From: Candidatus Harrisonbacteria bacterium
GTDB taxonomy: Bacteria > Patescibacteriota > Minisyncoccia > UBA6257 > WO2-44-18
Reading direction: 5' to 3'
Length of the DNA: 64,000 nucleotides
NCBI GenBank assembly: GCA_016182295.1
Contig: JACOXP010000006.1
Location: forward strand, 9,298-73,297
The notes under the pieces are model-generated. The model was given only the letters and a program-made list of their open reading frames with translations. It was not told the origin of the DNA and made no database searches. Below are positions 9,694 to 19,409 of this stretch, in pieces; position 1 is the first letter of the stretch; the number at the start of each line of letters is the position of its first letter. Position numbers and translations under genes: made by a program.

Positions 9694-10602
9694 ATGAAAA
9701 AATATTTTTGGATTTTCCGGTATTGTTGGAAACACTTCAGCAGATTTTTAATGAGACCGTACTATTCAATTAGAACATCTTGGCCTGTGTGGTTCGGCAT
9801 TTTAAATAAAGAGGGGCGGCTATTATACGATCGACATCCCAAAAACCACGATTCTGTTTTGGAAAAAATCATAAAAGAAATAAAAGAAAAAGGCATCGCC
9901 GTTACTCATCTTGACGAATTATTTCCCGGAAGAAATCTTTTGCCGGAATTGCAAAGTTACACAAAAAAACTTGCTGAAACCGCTCAAATAAAAAAAGGCA
10001 AGGAATTTCTAATGGCTCTTTGGGAAACGGCTGGGGTTTTGGATTTAGATAATAGTTTAGTTAAATTATCCCTACAATCAAGATCGCTGGAAGTAGTAAA
10101 CGCTTATATGGAGATGTTTTCCAAGTTCCGCCACGCTTCTTTAAATGTAACAATACCGATGCCGGAGGGATCGTTGGCGATAAAATCACAGCGCTGGCAT
10201 CGCGATCCGGAAGACAAACGGATGTGCAAAATGTTTGTTTATTTAAACGATATTGATGAAGATGCCGGCCCGTTTATTTACATTCCCAAATCTCACCAAG
10301 GAGGAAAATGGAGAGAAATTTTCCCCCAGCGTCCGCCAGTCGGCTACTACCCTCCGGATGGAGCGGTGGAAAAAGTTATCCCCTCAGCCGAAATAAAAGT
10401 TTGTACCGGCCGCGCCGGTACGGTAATATTTGGCGATACCAGCGGTTTGCACAAAGGAGGCTACGCCAAGTCCAAAGAGCGATATATGTTTACGGCTACT
10501 TATTCATCGAAAGCGTCTCTTTGGCAAACATATTATGCGCTGCCGTCAGCCGGTCAATTAACCGAATTAAACCTATTGGCTCGCTACGCGGTTACAAAAT
10601 AG
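9694..10602 (+). CDS. Fe(II)/2-oxoglutarate dioxygenase (PhyH-like)
   Basis: SQRWHRD (HxD), YLND...GPF.YIPKSH, GDTSGLHKGG...R. Confidence 0.75.
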   Translation: MKKYFWIFRYCWKHFSRFLMRPYYSIRTSWPVWFGILNKEGRLLYDRHPKNHDSVLEKIIKEIKEKGIAVTHLDELFPGRNLLPELQSYTKKLAETAQIKKGKEFLMALWETAGVLDLDNSLVKLSLQSRSLEVVNAYMEMFSKFRHASLNVTIPMPEGSLAIKSQRWHRDPEDKRMCKMFVYLNDIDEDAGPFIYIPKSHQGGKWREIFPQRPPVGYYPPDGAVEKVIPSAEIKVCTGRAGTVIFGDTSGLHKGGYAKSKERYMFTATYSSKASLWQTYYALPSAGQLTELNLLARYAVTK

Positions 10603-10607
10603 AAGAT

Positions 10608-11966
10608 ATGAAGACAGTTTTTTTGTGCGTGCCCAATTACGTTTTTTCAACAGATCTTCTGCGCACGCGTTATATCGGTTATCTAGCATCCAAATACAAA
10701 GTAGTGGTTTTTATGCCGATGATCGGTCCAGAAGAAGCGAAGCGCGTCGGTTATTTTCATTCTACAAATGTCCAGTATGTAAAGTGGGAATTGGAAGTGC
10801 CAAAATTTTGGAGCATTTTTAAGTTATTCAGAATAGCGGCAATGACCGAGTTCGATTATCTCGAATCGGTCCGACACTTCTATAAACGACCCACTTTCAA
10901 AAACAATTGGCAGAGACGTTTGGTCCGTTTTTTCGCGAAGCCGTTTGGGCAGTTATTGACGGCTGATTTTTTTACAAAACTTGAAAGCCGTTTACACCCT
11001 CGATCTCTTCAATTTGATAAATATCTCAAGCAATTCCAGCCAAGTTTGGTAATCACGGCCACGCCGGGTTTTAATCCTTTTGAAGCAGAAATGATTTTAT
11101 TGGCTAAACGATCGAAACTGCCAACGGCGGCTGTTAATTTTACTTGGGATAATTTGACAACCAACTGCAACCATATTAGAAAAACTGATTATTTGATTGT
11201 TTGGAACGATATTGTTAAAGAGGAAGCGAAGAAAATTCATCACTACGATCTGGCTAAAGTTTTCGTCGCCGGTGTTAACAAGTTCGACCATTATTTTAGA
11301 AAAGAAGGCAAACTTAGTCGTGAGGAATTCTTAAAAAGTAAAAAATTAGACCCCAAAAGAAAGACAATAGTTTTTTGTAGCAAGCCGAAAACCTACGTCG
11401 AGCAATTAGATCACGTTCGCGGCATATTGGAAGCGCGCGAAAAAGGACGTCTAGCCGCCCCCGTTAACCTATTGATCAGGCCTCACCCGCTGGATAATCG
11501 AGATAATTATAAAGAATTTATAAATTTACCGAATGTTTATGTTGATTATTCTGGTAAATCAATGAAGTTTTCCGCCGAATCAGTTTCCAATAAAATTGAG
11601 ATGGACGAGGAGGATTTAATGAATTTGAAATACACCTTGCAATACGGAGATGTGCACCTTCAATATGGATCAACCCTGGCGCTGGAAGCGGCAATTTTTG
11701 ACAAACCAATGGTTAATATCGGTTTTTTGAAAACCCTTAATCATGACACAAGCTATAAGGTAACTCATTTTTGGCCGGTTATTGAGACGGGCGCTTCTCC
11801 AATAGCTAAAACGCCAGAGGAACTTGTTGATTTAACCAATCAATATTTAAAAAACCCGATGTTGCATAAAGAAAATCGCCGACAGCTTTTGGAAAAATTC
11901 GTGGTCCTGCGCGACGGTTTTGCTTATAAACGGAATGTGGATTTCCTGGGAAACGTTTTATCCTAA
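10608..11966 (+). CDS. TagF/CDP-glycerol glycerophosphotransferase-like GT-B protein, paralogue 1 (candidate nonulosonic-acid transferase)
   Basis: NFTWDNL, VWN, GVNKFDHY, IRPHP, STLALEAAIFDKP; the upstream ORF extension overlaps the previous gene, so the start is set at ATG 10608. Confidence 0.65.
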   Translation: MKTVFLCVPNYVFSTDLLRTRYIGYLASKYKVVVFMPMIGPEEAKRVGYFHSTNVQYVKWELEVPKFWSIFKLFRIAAMTEFDYLESVRHFYKRPTFKNNWQRRLVRFFAKPFGQLLTADFFTKLESRLHPRSLQFDKYLKQFQPSLVITATPGFNPFEAEMILLAKRSKLPTAAVNFTWDNLTTNCNHIRKTDYLIVWNDIVKEEAKKIHHYDLAKVFVAGVNKFDHYFRKEGKLSREEFLKSKKLDPKRKTIVFCSKPKTYVEQLDHVRGILEAREKGRLAAPVNLLIRPHPLDNRDNYKEFINLPNVYVDYSGKSMKFSAESVSNKIEMDEEDLMNLKYTLQYGDVHLQYGSTLALEAAIFDKPMVNIGFLKTLNHDTSYKVTHFWPVIETGASPIAKTPEELVDLTNQYLKNPMLHKENRRQLLEKFVVLRDGFAYKRNVDFLGNVLS

Positions 11967-11993
11967 AAACAGGTTTAATTTAGAAACGGGGAT

Positions 11994-13571
11994 ATGACTT
12001 TTCGAGAAATTCAGAATTCTGTTTTTCGACTGATGGAAAATCCGGGCGCGACCGTATCCGATCACTTGTCGATCGCGAATCAGCTGGAAGACAGCAAAAA
12101 AGAAAAACCGGAATACTTCCGCGGCATTAAAGCCGCTTTTTTGAGCAACTTTACCATTAAGGGATTGCCGGAGATTTTTAGAACGCGGGCAATTTTCCAC
12201 AATGTCTGGGCGGATGTTTATCTTGGCCCCTATGATCAATGCGCTCAGGAAATTCTTGATAAAAAAAGCGGCCTGTATAAATTCCAGCCGGATTTAATTT
12301 ATTTTCTTTTCGACGCCGACGGCGAAAAGGCAAATCATTACAAAGAACTAGCCAGCCAACTTTCTGGCAAGGTGATGCTGATGGACAGTAATCAAATAAA
12401 AGCGGTCGTCGGTAATTATTGGCAAACCAAATATAAAGAGATGGGAGATTTCAGCGTGGCGCCAGAAGGATTTTCTACACTAGCCGATTATTTAATGAAA
12501 GAAACAATCGCCGTGAGCGGCGCTACCAAAAAATGTTTGGTGTTGGACCTTGATAATACGTTGTGGAAAGGAGTAATTGGTGAAGACGGCCTTGAGGGAA
12601 TAAAACCAGATCAAGATTTTCAACGTCAGGCCCTTTATCTTTATGAGACTGGAGTAATTCTGGCGATAAACAGTAAAAATAATTCAGAAGACGTGCTGGA
12701 AGCAATTGAAAAGCATCCGAAAATGATTCTACGAAAAAATCATTTTGCCGCTTGGCGGATCAATTGGCAGGATAAGGCAACCAATATGAAAGAATTGACG
12801 GATGAGTTAATGCTGGGGGCCGACAGTTTTGTTTTTGTCGATGATAGTCCGTTCGAGAGGAATATCGTGGCCAATAAATTTCCGGAAGTAGCCATTCTAA
12901 GCCCTGAAAGCCTGAAAAATTATCCCGGCTTCCATAAATTAAAAATTACCGATGAAGATCGACGTCGCGGTCAAATGTATGCCGAGGAGCAAATCCGCAG
13001 AAGCGCCCGATCTTCATTAAATAACGTGGAAGATTTTATAAAGTCATTGAATTTGGAAGTTACTATTCGAGAAATAAAATCGGACAGTCCCATTATCCCG
13101 CGTATCGCCCAAATGGCTCAAAAGACCAACCAGTTTAATATGACGACCAAGCGTTGGAGTGAAGATGAAATCAGGACTCTGCTTAATGAACGGCACAATT
13201 ATAAAATGTGGGCTGTTGAGGCAATGGATCGTTTTGGCGATTACGGTATTATAGGTTTCTTGGCCGCAAAGCCCGTAGTTGATAAAGTTTGGGAAATTGA
13301 TAATTTTTTAATGAGCTGCCGTATTCTGGGACGAGGAATAGAAAAGACGCTGTTGGCTCGCGTGATTGAAGAAGCGAATCGGAGCAAAATCAGCAAACTT
13401 ATAGGGGTTTTTATTCCGACCAAAAAAAATAAGGCGCTTTGTGAAGATTTCTATCCAAATAACGGTTTTAATAGTGGGCTTGTCTACAAATCCGCCGATT
13501 CTGTAAACTTTATTCATCACCTAAACAGCCCCTACCCATATCCAGAAAACATAAAAGTAAATTTCTCTTAA
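11994..13571 (+). CDS. FkbH-like HAD-IIIC glyceryl transferase/phosphatase with C-terminal GNAT-like domain
   Basis: KCLVLDLDNTLWKG, SKN, INWQDK, FVDDSPFER, KTNQFN, DRFGDYG, LMSCRILGRGIE. Confidence 0.93.
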   Translation: MTFREIQNSVFRLMENPGATVSDHLSIANQLEDSKKEKPEYFRGIKAAFLSNFTIKGLPEIFRTRAIFHNVWADVYLGPYDQCAQEILDKKSGLYKFQPDLIYFLFDADGEKANHYKELASQLSGKVMLMDSNQIKAVVGNYWQTKYKEMGDFSVAPEGFSTLADYLMKETIAVSGATKKCLVLDLDNTLWKGVIGEDGLEGIKPDQDFQRQALYLYETGVILAINSKNNSEDVLEAIEKHPKMILRKNHFAAWRINWQDKATNMKELTDELMLGADSFVFVDDSPFERNIVANKFPEVAILSPESLKNYPGFHKLKITDEDRRRGQMYAEEQIRRSARSSLNNVEDFIKSLNLEVTIREIKSDSPIIPRIAQMAQKTNQFNMTTKRWSEDEIRTLLNERHNYKMWAVEAMDRFGDYGIIGFLAAKPVVDKVWEIDNFLMSCRILGRGIEKTLLARVIEEANRSKISKLIGVFIPTKKNKALCEDFYPNNGFNSGLVYKSADSVNFIHHLNSPYPYPENIKVNFS

Positions 13572-13575
13572 AATT

Positions 13576-14016
13576 ATGAAATCCAATCCTACTTTACAGT
13601 TAAGCAATTTGAATTACGAAGGCATAAAGATCGATCAGGAATTTTCCTTCGAACGCTTGGTGGACAAGCAATTAGTCGATGAATTTGCCAAATTAAGCGG
13701 CGATTTCAGTCCTCTGCACATGGATGATTCTTACGCCAAAACGACTAAATTCGGCGAACGGATCGCCCATGGGATGCTTTTGGCCAGTTTTTTCTCTGCT
13801 CTGGTGGGGATGTTGTGTCCCGGGAAGAAAGGTTTATATTTATCCCAAACAGCAAATTTTAAAAACCCGTGCCGTTTGGGAGACAAACTTATTGTTATGG
13901 GCAAGATAAAATCAAAATCGGATTCAACCAGAACATTGGAATTAAGCACAATAATTAAGAATACTAACGGGAAAATTTTGGTGGACGGGTCGGCAATGGT
14001 AAAATTTTTAGAGTAA
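13576..14016 (+). CDS. MaoC-family (hotdog) dehydratase
   Basis: FAKLSGDFSPLH...IAHGML. Confidence 0.92.
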   Translation: MKSNPTLQLSNLNYEGIKIDQEFSFERLVDKQLVDEFAKLSGDFSPLHMDDSYAKTTKFGERIAHGMLLASFFSALVGMLCPGKKGLYLSQTANFKNPCRLGDKLIVMGKIKSKSDSTRTLELSTIIKNTNGKILVDGSAMVKFLE

Positions 14017-14019
14017 TTT

Positions 14020-14721
14020 ATGGATCTTAAATTAAAAGGCAAAGTAGTTCTTATATTGGGAGGAACCGGAGGGATCGGCTCTGCGATAACGGCGGAATTC
14101 CAGAAAGAAGGCGCTTCGGTTTGCGCCCATGGGCGTTCGGGCAATTACGCTACTGATCTGACGTCTGAAGACGCGATGGCTGGGCTGGTGGAAAAGGCAA
14201 TGAAACAATTTGGGCGGGTTGATACGGTGATCAATTCTCTATCGACTCCGGTAAAACACGGAGCTTTAGAGTCAAAAAAATGGTCCGATTTTCAGGACCA
14301 AATTGATGTTCAAACACGCTCGTTTGTTGATTTATTGCCGCTGGTTGTGCCGACGATGAAGAGGCAGGGTGGCGGCCGAATAATAAATATTTTAACCACT
14401 TACGTGATTGGGCAGCCCCCGTCCGGGTTGGCTGATTACGTAACTGCCAAATACGCGCTATTGGGCCTGACTAAAGCGGCAGCCAGAGAATTGGGTAAAT
14501 ATCACATAACGGTAAACGCCGTTTCCCCGAGTTTTATCCGCAATAAATTTACCGATCGGATACCGGAAAAATTTGACGAATTGTTAATCAGCCAGACTCC
14601 GCTTGGTCGTTTAGCAACTCCGGAAGATGTGGCGAGAACCGTTTTATTTCTTGCTTCAGAAAAAGCCGAGTTTATTACCGGTGAGAATATCATTGTTGCC
14701 GGTGGCCAAACAATGGATTAA
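14020..14721 (+). CDS. FabG-like short-chain ketoreductase
   Basis: GGTGGIG, YVTAK, VNAVSP, TPLGRLATPED, FITGE. Confidence 0.9.
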   Translation: MDLKLKGKVVLILGGTGGIGSAITAEFQKEGASVCAHGRSGNYATDLTSEDAMAGLVEKAMKQFGRVDTVINSLSTPVKHGALESKKWSDFQDQIDVQTRSFVDLLPLVVPTMKRQGGGRIINILTTYVIGQPPSGLADYVTAKYALLGLTKAAARELGKYHITVNAVSPSFIRNKFTDRIPEKFDELLISQTPLGRLATPEDVARTVLFLASEKAEFITGENIIVAGGQTMD

Positions 14722-14732
14722 TTTTAATTTTT

Positions 14733-14960
14733 ATGAAGACACTTGAAGAAATAATTGCCGGCGTTTTAACGATTGATGTCAAATCGGTCAATGATCAGAC
14801 CAGTCCGGAAAATACTCCCGGCTGGGATTCTTTTAACAGTATTCTTTTGGTTAGCGAAGTTGAAAAAAATTTCAACGTCAAATTTGAATTGGATGAGGTA
14901 GTGGGATTGAAAAATGTCGGGGATTTTCGGGCTCTCTTGAAAAAACGCGGCGCTTTTTAG
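14733..14960 (+). CDS. Acyl carrier protein 1
   Basis: 75 aa, acidic, GWDSF phosphopantetheine Ser motif. Confidence 0.9.
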   Translation: MKTLEEIIAGVLTIDVKSVNDQTSPENTPGWDSFNSILLVSEVEKNFNVKFELDEVVGLKNVGDFRALLKKRGAF

Positions 14961-14962
14961 GA

Positions 14963-16066
14963 ATGAAAATCGAATTTCTGGATAAAAAGGATCGGAGCTT
15001 GCTAGAACAATTTTATCGGGAAAGCTATTCTCCAAAATATATTTTGCTCAGAAAAGATTTTTTTGATTGGTACACGGTTAAAAATCCGAATTACCGAGAT
15101 CGATTCCCGGATGGACAACTTCCAGTTCTGGTTCTTAGAGACGATAAAAGGATCTTGGCTCATTGGGTTTGCGGAGCGCAAAAATTCAATTTTTTTGGGA
15201 GAAACTTTTCTATGTTCTGGACTTCTAATTGGATGGTTCATCCGGATTTTCGCCATCGTGGTTTGGGTGCTCTTATAACTAATTTTTTGCAAAAGCTGCC
15301 GGTGGATGTATTGGCGGCAAATATGGTGACCAAAGAATCAAGGAATGTCTTAGAGCGACTTAATTATCAATATCAAGACCTTAATCGTTATTTAGCGGTT
15401 TTTTCTGACGAAGCTTTAAATTTAGTTAACCACCGAAATGATCCAAGAGTTCGGGATCGTTTGCGGGAAGTTATTATCCCCGCTAAGAATGGCGATTTTG
15501 CCAATATTGAGCCGGTTTCCGCCTTTGCAGAAGACTATAACGAGTTTTGGCACAGCGGTTTCGCGCCCGTAGCGCAAGGCGGAGCGCGCGACGCCGATTT
15601 TTTAAACTGGCGATATCCGCAAGCTCCGTTTTTTGAATATCGCTGTTTTGTGGTTAAAGACAATCAAAAAAAGATAAAAGGGGTGATTGTTTTACGCATT
15701 GATGAGATTCGAAACACTAACTACCGAGCTTGTCGGATGTTGGAATTTTTTACTGATCCGGAATGGGCAAAACTAGCCGCCGAATTTGTAATCAGCTATG
15801 CCCGGCGGGAAAAATGCGTTTTTCTTGACTATTACAATTTGTTTTCCGGTTTTGATTCATTTTTCGCGGAAGCCGGAATTTTAAAGAATGATTCCGTATT
15901 ATCAACGGAAATTCCAAGATTGACTCAACCGGTAGCTCATGAGAATTGGTTTATTAACGCGGTTTTTTGGAAGAGGAATCCTGAAATTTCCAACGAAACT
16001 TTCTTTAATTTCGACAAATGGTATACTACCTCCGGCGATTCAGATCAAGATCGAAAAAATTTTTAA
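14963..16066 (+). CDS. Tandem-GNAT acyltransferase, paralogue 1
   Basis: VHPDFRHRGLG acyl-donor motif, RDADFLNWRY, C-terminal WYTTSGDSDQDR. Confidence 0.7.
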   Translation: MKIEFLDKKDRSLLEQFYRESYSPKYILLRKDFFDWYTVKNPNYRDRFPDGQLPVLVLRDDKRILAHWVCGAQKFNFFGRNFSMFWTSNWMVHPDFRHRGLGALITNFLQKLPVDVLAANMVTKESRNVLERLNYQYQDLNRYLAVFSDEALNLVNHRNDPRVRDRLREVIIPAKNGDFANIEPVSAFAEDYNEFWHSGFAPVAQGGARDADFLNWRYPQAPFFEYRCFVVKDNQKKIKGVIVLRIDEIRNTNYRACRMLEFFTDPEWAKLAAEFVISYARREKCVFLDYYNLFSGFDSFFAEAGILKNDSVLSTEIPRLTQPVAHENWFINAVFWKRNPEISNETFFNFDKWYTTSGDSDQDRKNF

Positions 16067-16972
16067 ATGATTTCAAATAGCGATCAGTATATTGTCGTCA
16101 ATTATCATTTCGTTTTAAATCCCGAAGATCGTCCGGATTTAGGCGGAATTTTTCCGTGCCTGCCGGAGACTTTTTCTAATCAGCTAAAGTGGCTTAAAAA
16201 GAATTTTACTTTGACAGCCGTGGATGAAGTTTATAGAGCCGCCCGTGAAAAACGGTCCGGCCGTTTTTGCGCGTTAACCTTTGACGATGGCACTCGAGAC
16301 CATCTGGAAATAGTTTTCCCGTTGCTGCGCGAACAGCGAGCGCCGGGAACATTTTTTGTCATAACGGGTCCGTTTGAGGGGAAAATGCCCACTTCGCATA
16401 AAATCTATAGATTAAGATCAGAGCTGACAATCCCCGAATTAATAGATCATTATAACAATTTTTCTAGAAATCCTATGCCCACCGACAAATTTATCGATCC
16501 AACCGAGCGGTATGATGATTTGCTTACATCAAATTTTAAAACCACGATAGCGCGTTTGCCGCACTCCGTGGCGAATGAATTTATGAACGTGCTATTTTCT
16601 CAATTGGGGTGGGACGAAAATCTTGAGGCCAGAAAGCTTTTTTTAATGCCGGAAGATATTGTTAAAATGAAGTCGGGAGGAATGAAATTCGGAGCGCACG
16701 GTGACAGTCACAATCCCTTTCCGGTTTTAAAAGATGATGAAGTGGCAAACGAACTTAGGAATTCAAAACGAATACTCGTTGATCTTTTAGGAGAAGAAGT
16801 TCATTTATTTTCTTATCCGCATGGACAGTATCGCCGCCAACACCCAAAATTAATAGAGGATTTCGGTTTCCACTATGCCGCCACGACCGAAAGACGATCA
16901 ATCAACGGAATCGAAAATAAATTTTTGCTGCCTCGTTTTGACGCCAACGATCTAAAAGATATTCAAAAATGA
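16067..16972 (+). CDS. Polysaccharide deacetylase (CE4), copy 1
   Basis: LTFDDG, GAHGDSH, FSYPHG, LPR. Confidence 0.88.
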   Translation: MISNSDQYIVVNYHFVLNPEDRPDLGGIFPCLPETFSNQLKWLKKNFTLTAVDEVYRAAREKRSGRFCALTFDDGTRDHLEIVFPLLREQRAPGTFFVITGPFEGKMPTSHKIYRLRSELTIPELIDHYNNFSRNPMPTDKFIDPTERYDDLLTSNFKTTIARLPHSVANEFMNVLFSQLGWDENLEARKLFLMPEDIVKMKSGGMKFGAHGDSHNPFPVLKDDEVANELRNSKRILVDLLGEEVHLFSYPHGQYRRQHPKLIEDFGFHYAATTERRSINGIENKFLLPRFDANDLKDIQK

Positions 16973-17904
16973 AGTACTCTATAAACGATAAACATATAGT
17001 AATTAATTATCATTACGTGGAAAATCCCAGTCGAAACTGGTCCGGTATCCATCCCTGCTCAATTGATGAGTTTAATCGCCAAGTCAAATTCCTATCCGAA
17101 AACTACAAATTTGGCTCTCTGGTTGACGTTTTTCAGGCGGCCAAAAATAACAACGCGGAAAGGGTATGCGCGATAACTTTTGATGACGGTTTACGCGATC
17201 AATATGAAAATACCCTCCCGATTCTTAAAAAAGGCTCAGCTACGGCGACTTTTTTCATCATCACCGCGGCTCTAGAAGGCCGCTTGCCGCCCGCTCACCG
17301 CATTCATGTTTTGTTATCAAAAATCGCGATAAACGACCTAATTAACCTTTTTAATGAATATTTAAAGGAATTTTATTCGGATCTCCAAAAACAATATTTT
17401 ATTCCGAAAGATCGGCGTTTAACTCAACGCCGCCTTCATGAGGACATTCCAACGGCTAATTTTAAAGAAACGCTAATAATGTTGCCGGAGGATATCAAAG
17501 CCCAGTTTTTACGGTATTGTTTTAAAAAACAAGGACTGGATTCGGAACGGCTTTCTCGTCAAATATTTATGGGGGCGGGAGAGATTCGGGAATTACAGAG
17601 AGCGGGTATGCAAATTGGCGCTCACACCCATCAACATTACGCCTTAGACACAATGAATCCGGAAGCAATCAAAAATGACATCAATCTTAATAAAGCCGGC
17701 TTGGACTCGGTTTTGGGATTTGTGCCAGAGGTGTTTTCCTACCCTCATGGGCGCTATCAGCCGGCGGCCGTATCTATTTTGCGAGATGAAAAATTCAAAC
17801 ACGCTGTCACAATAGAGAAACGTGGAGTATCCGGTTCAGACGACCCGTTGTTAATGCCTCGGTATGACACGAACGATCTCCGAGACTTTTTAAATTTACG
17901 ATAA
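16969..17904 (+). CDS. Polysaccharide deacetylase (CE4), copy 2
   Basis: ITFDDG, GAHTHQH, FSYPHG, MPR. Confidence 0.88.
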   Translation: MKYSINDKHIVINYHYVENPSRNWSGIHPCSIDEFNRQVKFLSENYKFGSLVDVFQAAKNNNAERVCAITFDDGLRDQYENTLPILKKGSATATFFIITAALEGRLPPAHRIHVLLSKIAINDLINLFNEYLKEFYSDLQKQYFIPKDRRLTQRRLHEDIPTANFKETLIMLPEDIKAQFLRYCFKKQGLDSERLSRQIFMGAGEIRELQRAGMQIGAHTHQHYALDTMNPEAIKNDINLNKAGLDSVLGFVPEVFSYPHGRYQPAAVSILRDEKFKHAVTIEKRGVSGSDDPLLMPRYDTNDLRDFLNLR

Positions 17905-17907
17905 TTT

Positions 17908-18603
17908 ATGAAAAAGGAAGCAAACAAAATTTTTGAACGCAATAAATCTGTTTGGGATAATCTCAAAATTTCTTCCATGAACTTGGACGTCAATTTCGTG
18001 CGATGCCAAAAATATCTTTTCCCGGAGGGCCGAAAGAAAAAACTGCTTTACATCGGTTTTGGGGAGGGACAGAATCTGGAGTATTTGGCAAAAGCGGGAT
18101 TTGATGTTTATGGCACGGAGATCGCGGAGAGCCGCGTCGGAGAAACCAAAAAACGACTCAAGAAAAATAAGCTCAAGGCGCGTCTGTATCTTGTTAAATC
18201 CAGCGCGTTGCCATTCCAGGACGGATTTTTCGATATTGTTGTGGCTTGGCAATCCATTTACTACAACGATGAAAACGGACTTAAAGCAATCCTTAAGGAA
18301 ATTAACCGAGCGTTAAAGCCAAAAGGGCAATTTCTTTCATCAATGATATCCACAAAGCAAAATCTTCTTTGTAGTAAAAAAATTGGATTGTCTACTTATC
18401 GTCCCGCAAAAAAAACTGGGCAACAGAACTGCACAATTTTTTGCTTTAAGAACAAGAACCAAATACGCAAACTCTATGGCGACTTTGCGAGAATTAAAAT
18501 AGGTTTTTACAGCTCCTATTTATTCAAGAGCCGAAACTTTCACTATGTGATTTATTGCGTCAAAACAAAACATTCCCTAAAGGAGTTACATAATTTACAA
18601 TGA
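17908..18603 (+). CDS. Class I SAM methyltransferase
   Basis: YIGFGEG, GTEI, LPFQDGFFD, RALKPKG. Confidence 0.8.
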   Translation: MKKEANKIFERNKSVWDNLKISSMNLDVNFVRCQKYLFPEGRKKKLLYIGFGEGQNLEYLAKAGFDVYGTEIAESRVGETKKRLKKNKLKARLYLVKSSALPFQDGFFDIVVAWQSIYYNDENGLKAILKEINRALKPKGQFLSSMISTKQNLLCSKKIGLSTYRPAKKTGQQNCTIFCFKNKNQIRKLYGDFARIKIGFYSSYLFKSRNFHYVIYCVKTKHSLKELHNLQ

Positions 18604-19409
18604 GTAAATTAGAATCAGACATTTCACTGGTTATTATTACCGCCAATGCATTGAGGCATAAATTTGTAACCAATCAGTTAATTAAAGATTTTCAGGTTAA
18701 AGGAGTTATTTCCGAAATCAAGCGTCCATTAAGGCAAGGCGACACGGTGGAGGAAAATGAGATTATTGCTAAGCACAGCCGTGAGCGTGATGAAAAAGAA
18801 ATCGAATATTTTGGCGCTGAGAAAGACTTTAATCTTCCGACAGAGAAAATAATGAGGGTAGACTATGAGGAAGCTAATAGCCAAAAAGTATACGACTGGA
18901 TTAAAAAATTGAATCCCAATTACGTAGTTCTCTTTGGCAGTGGCATCGTGCGCGATCCGCTTTTAAGTGAATATAAGGGACGAATCATCAATATGCACCT
19001 TGGCCTCTCTCCCTATTATCGTGGTTCGGCGACCACCTTTTGGCCATTTGTGGAAAAAGAACCGGAATGTATCGGCGTTACCGTCCATTTAGCGGTTTTG
19101 AAAGTAGACGCGGGATCAATTTTGGGGCAATCTCGGCCGGAAATTAACCCTGACGACGGCGCCCATGATATAGGCTACAGAAATATTATCGCCGGGGCCG
19201 AACTTCTAACGAGATGTATCCGCGAATACAGCGCTGGAAAAATTCAACCGAAACCCCAGCGTCTCGATATCGGAAAGGTTTTTAAACACAAAGATTTCAA
19301 CGCGCAATCGGTGTTAAAGATGAAAGAAAATTTTTCAAACGGGATGATTGAGCTTTATTTAGAAAATAAACCCCAGCGTGACGCTCAATACCCGATTATT
19401 GAGGCATGA
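18600..19409 (+). CDS. Formyltransferase (Formyl_trans_N family)
   Basis: INMHLGLSPYYRG, GVTVH, VDAGSI. Confidence 0.85.
   Translation: MSKLESDISLVIITANALRHKFVTNQLIKDFQVKGVISEIKRPLRQGDTVEENEIIAKHSRERDEKEIEYFGAEKDFNLPTEKIMRVDYEEANSQKVYDWIKKLNPNYVVLFGSGIVRDPLLSEYKGRIINMHLGLSPYYRGSATTFWPFVEKEPECIGVTVHLAVLKVDAGSILGQSRPEINPDDGAHDIGYRNIIAGAELLTRCIREYSAGKIQPKPQRLDIGKVFKHKDFNAQSVLKMKENFSNGMIELYLENKPQRDAQYPIIEA

Noticed and set aside
10308-10607. 100-aa N-terminal extension of the 552-aa ORF
   Set aside because: It overlaps the dioxygenase gene; the paralogues start at MKT(V/I)F, matching ATG 10608
11994-14960. PKS or fatty acid synthase
   Set aside because: No ketosynthase or malonyl transferase in the window
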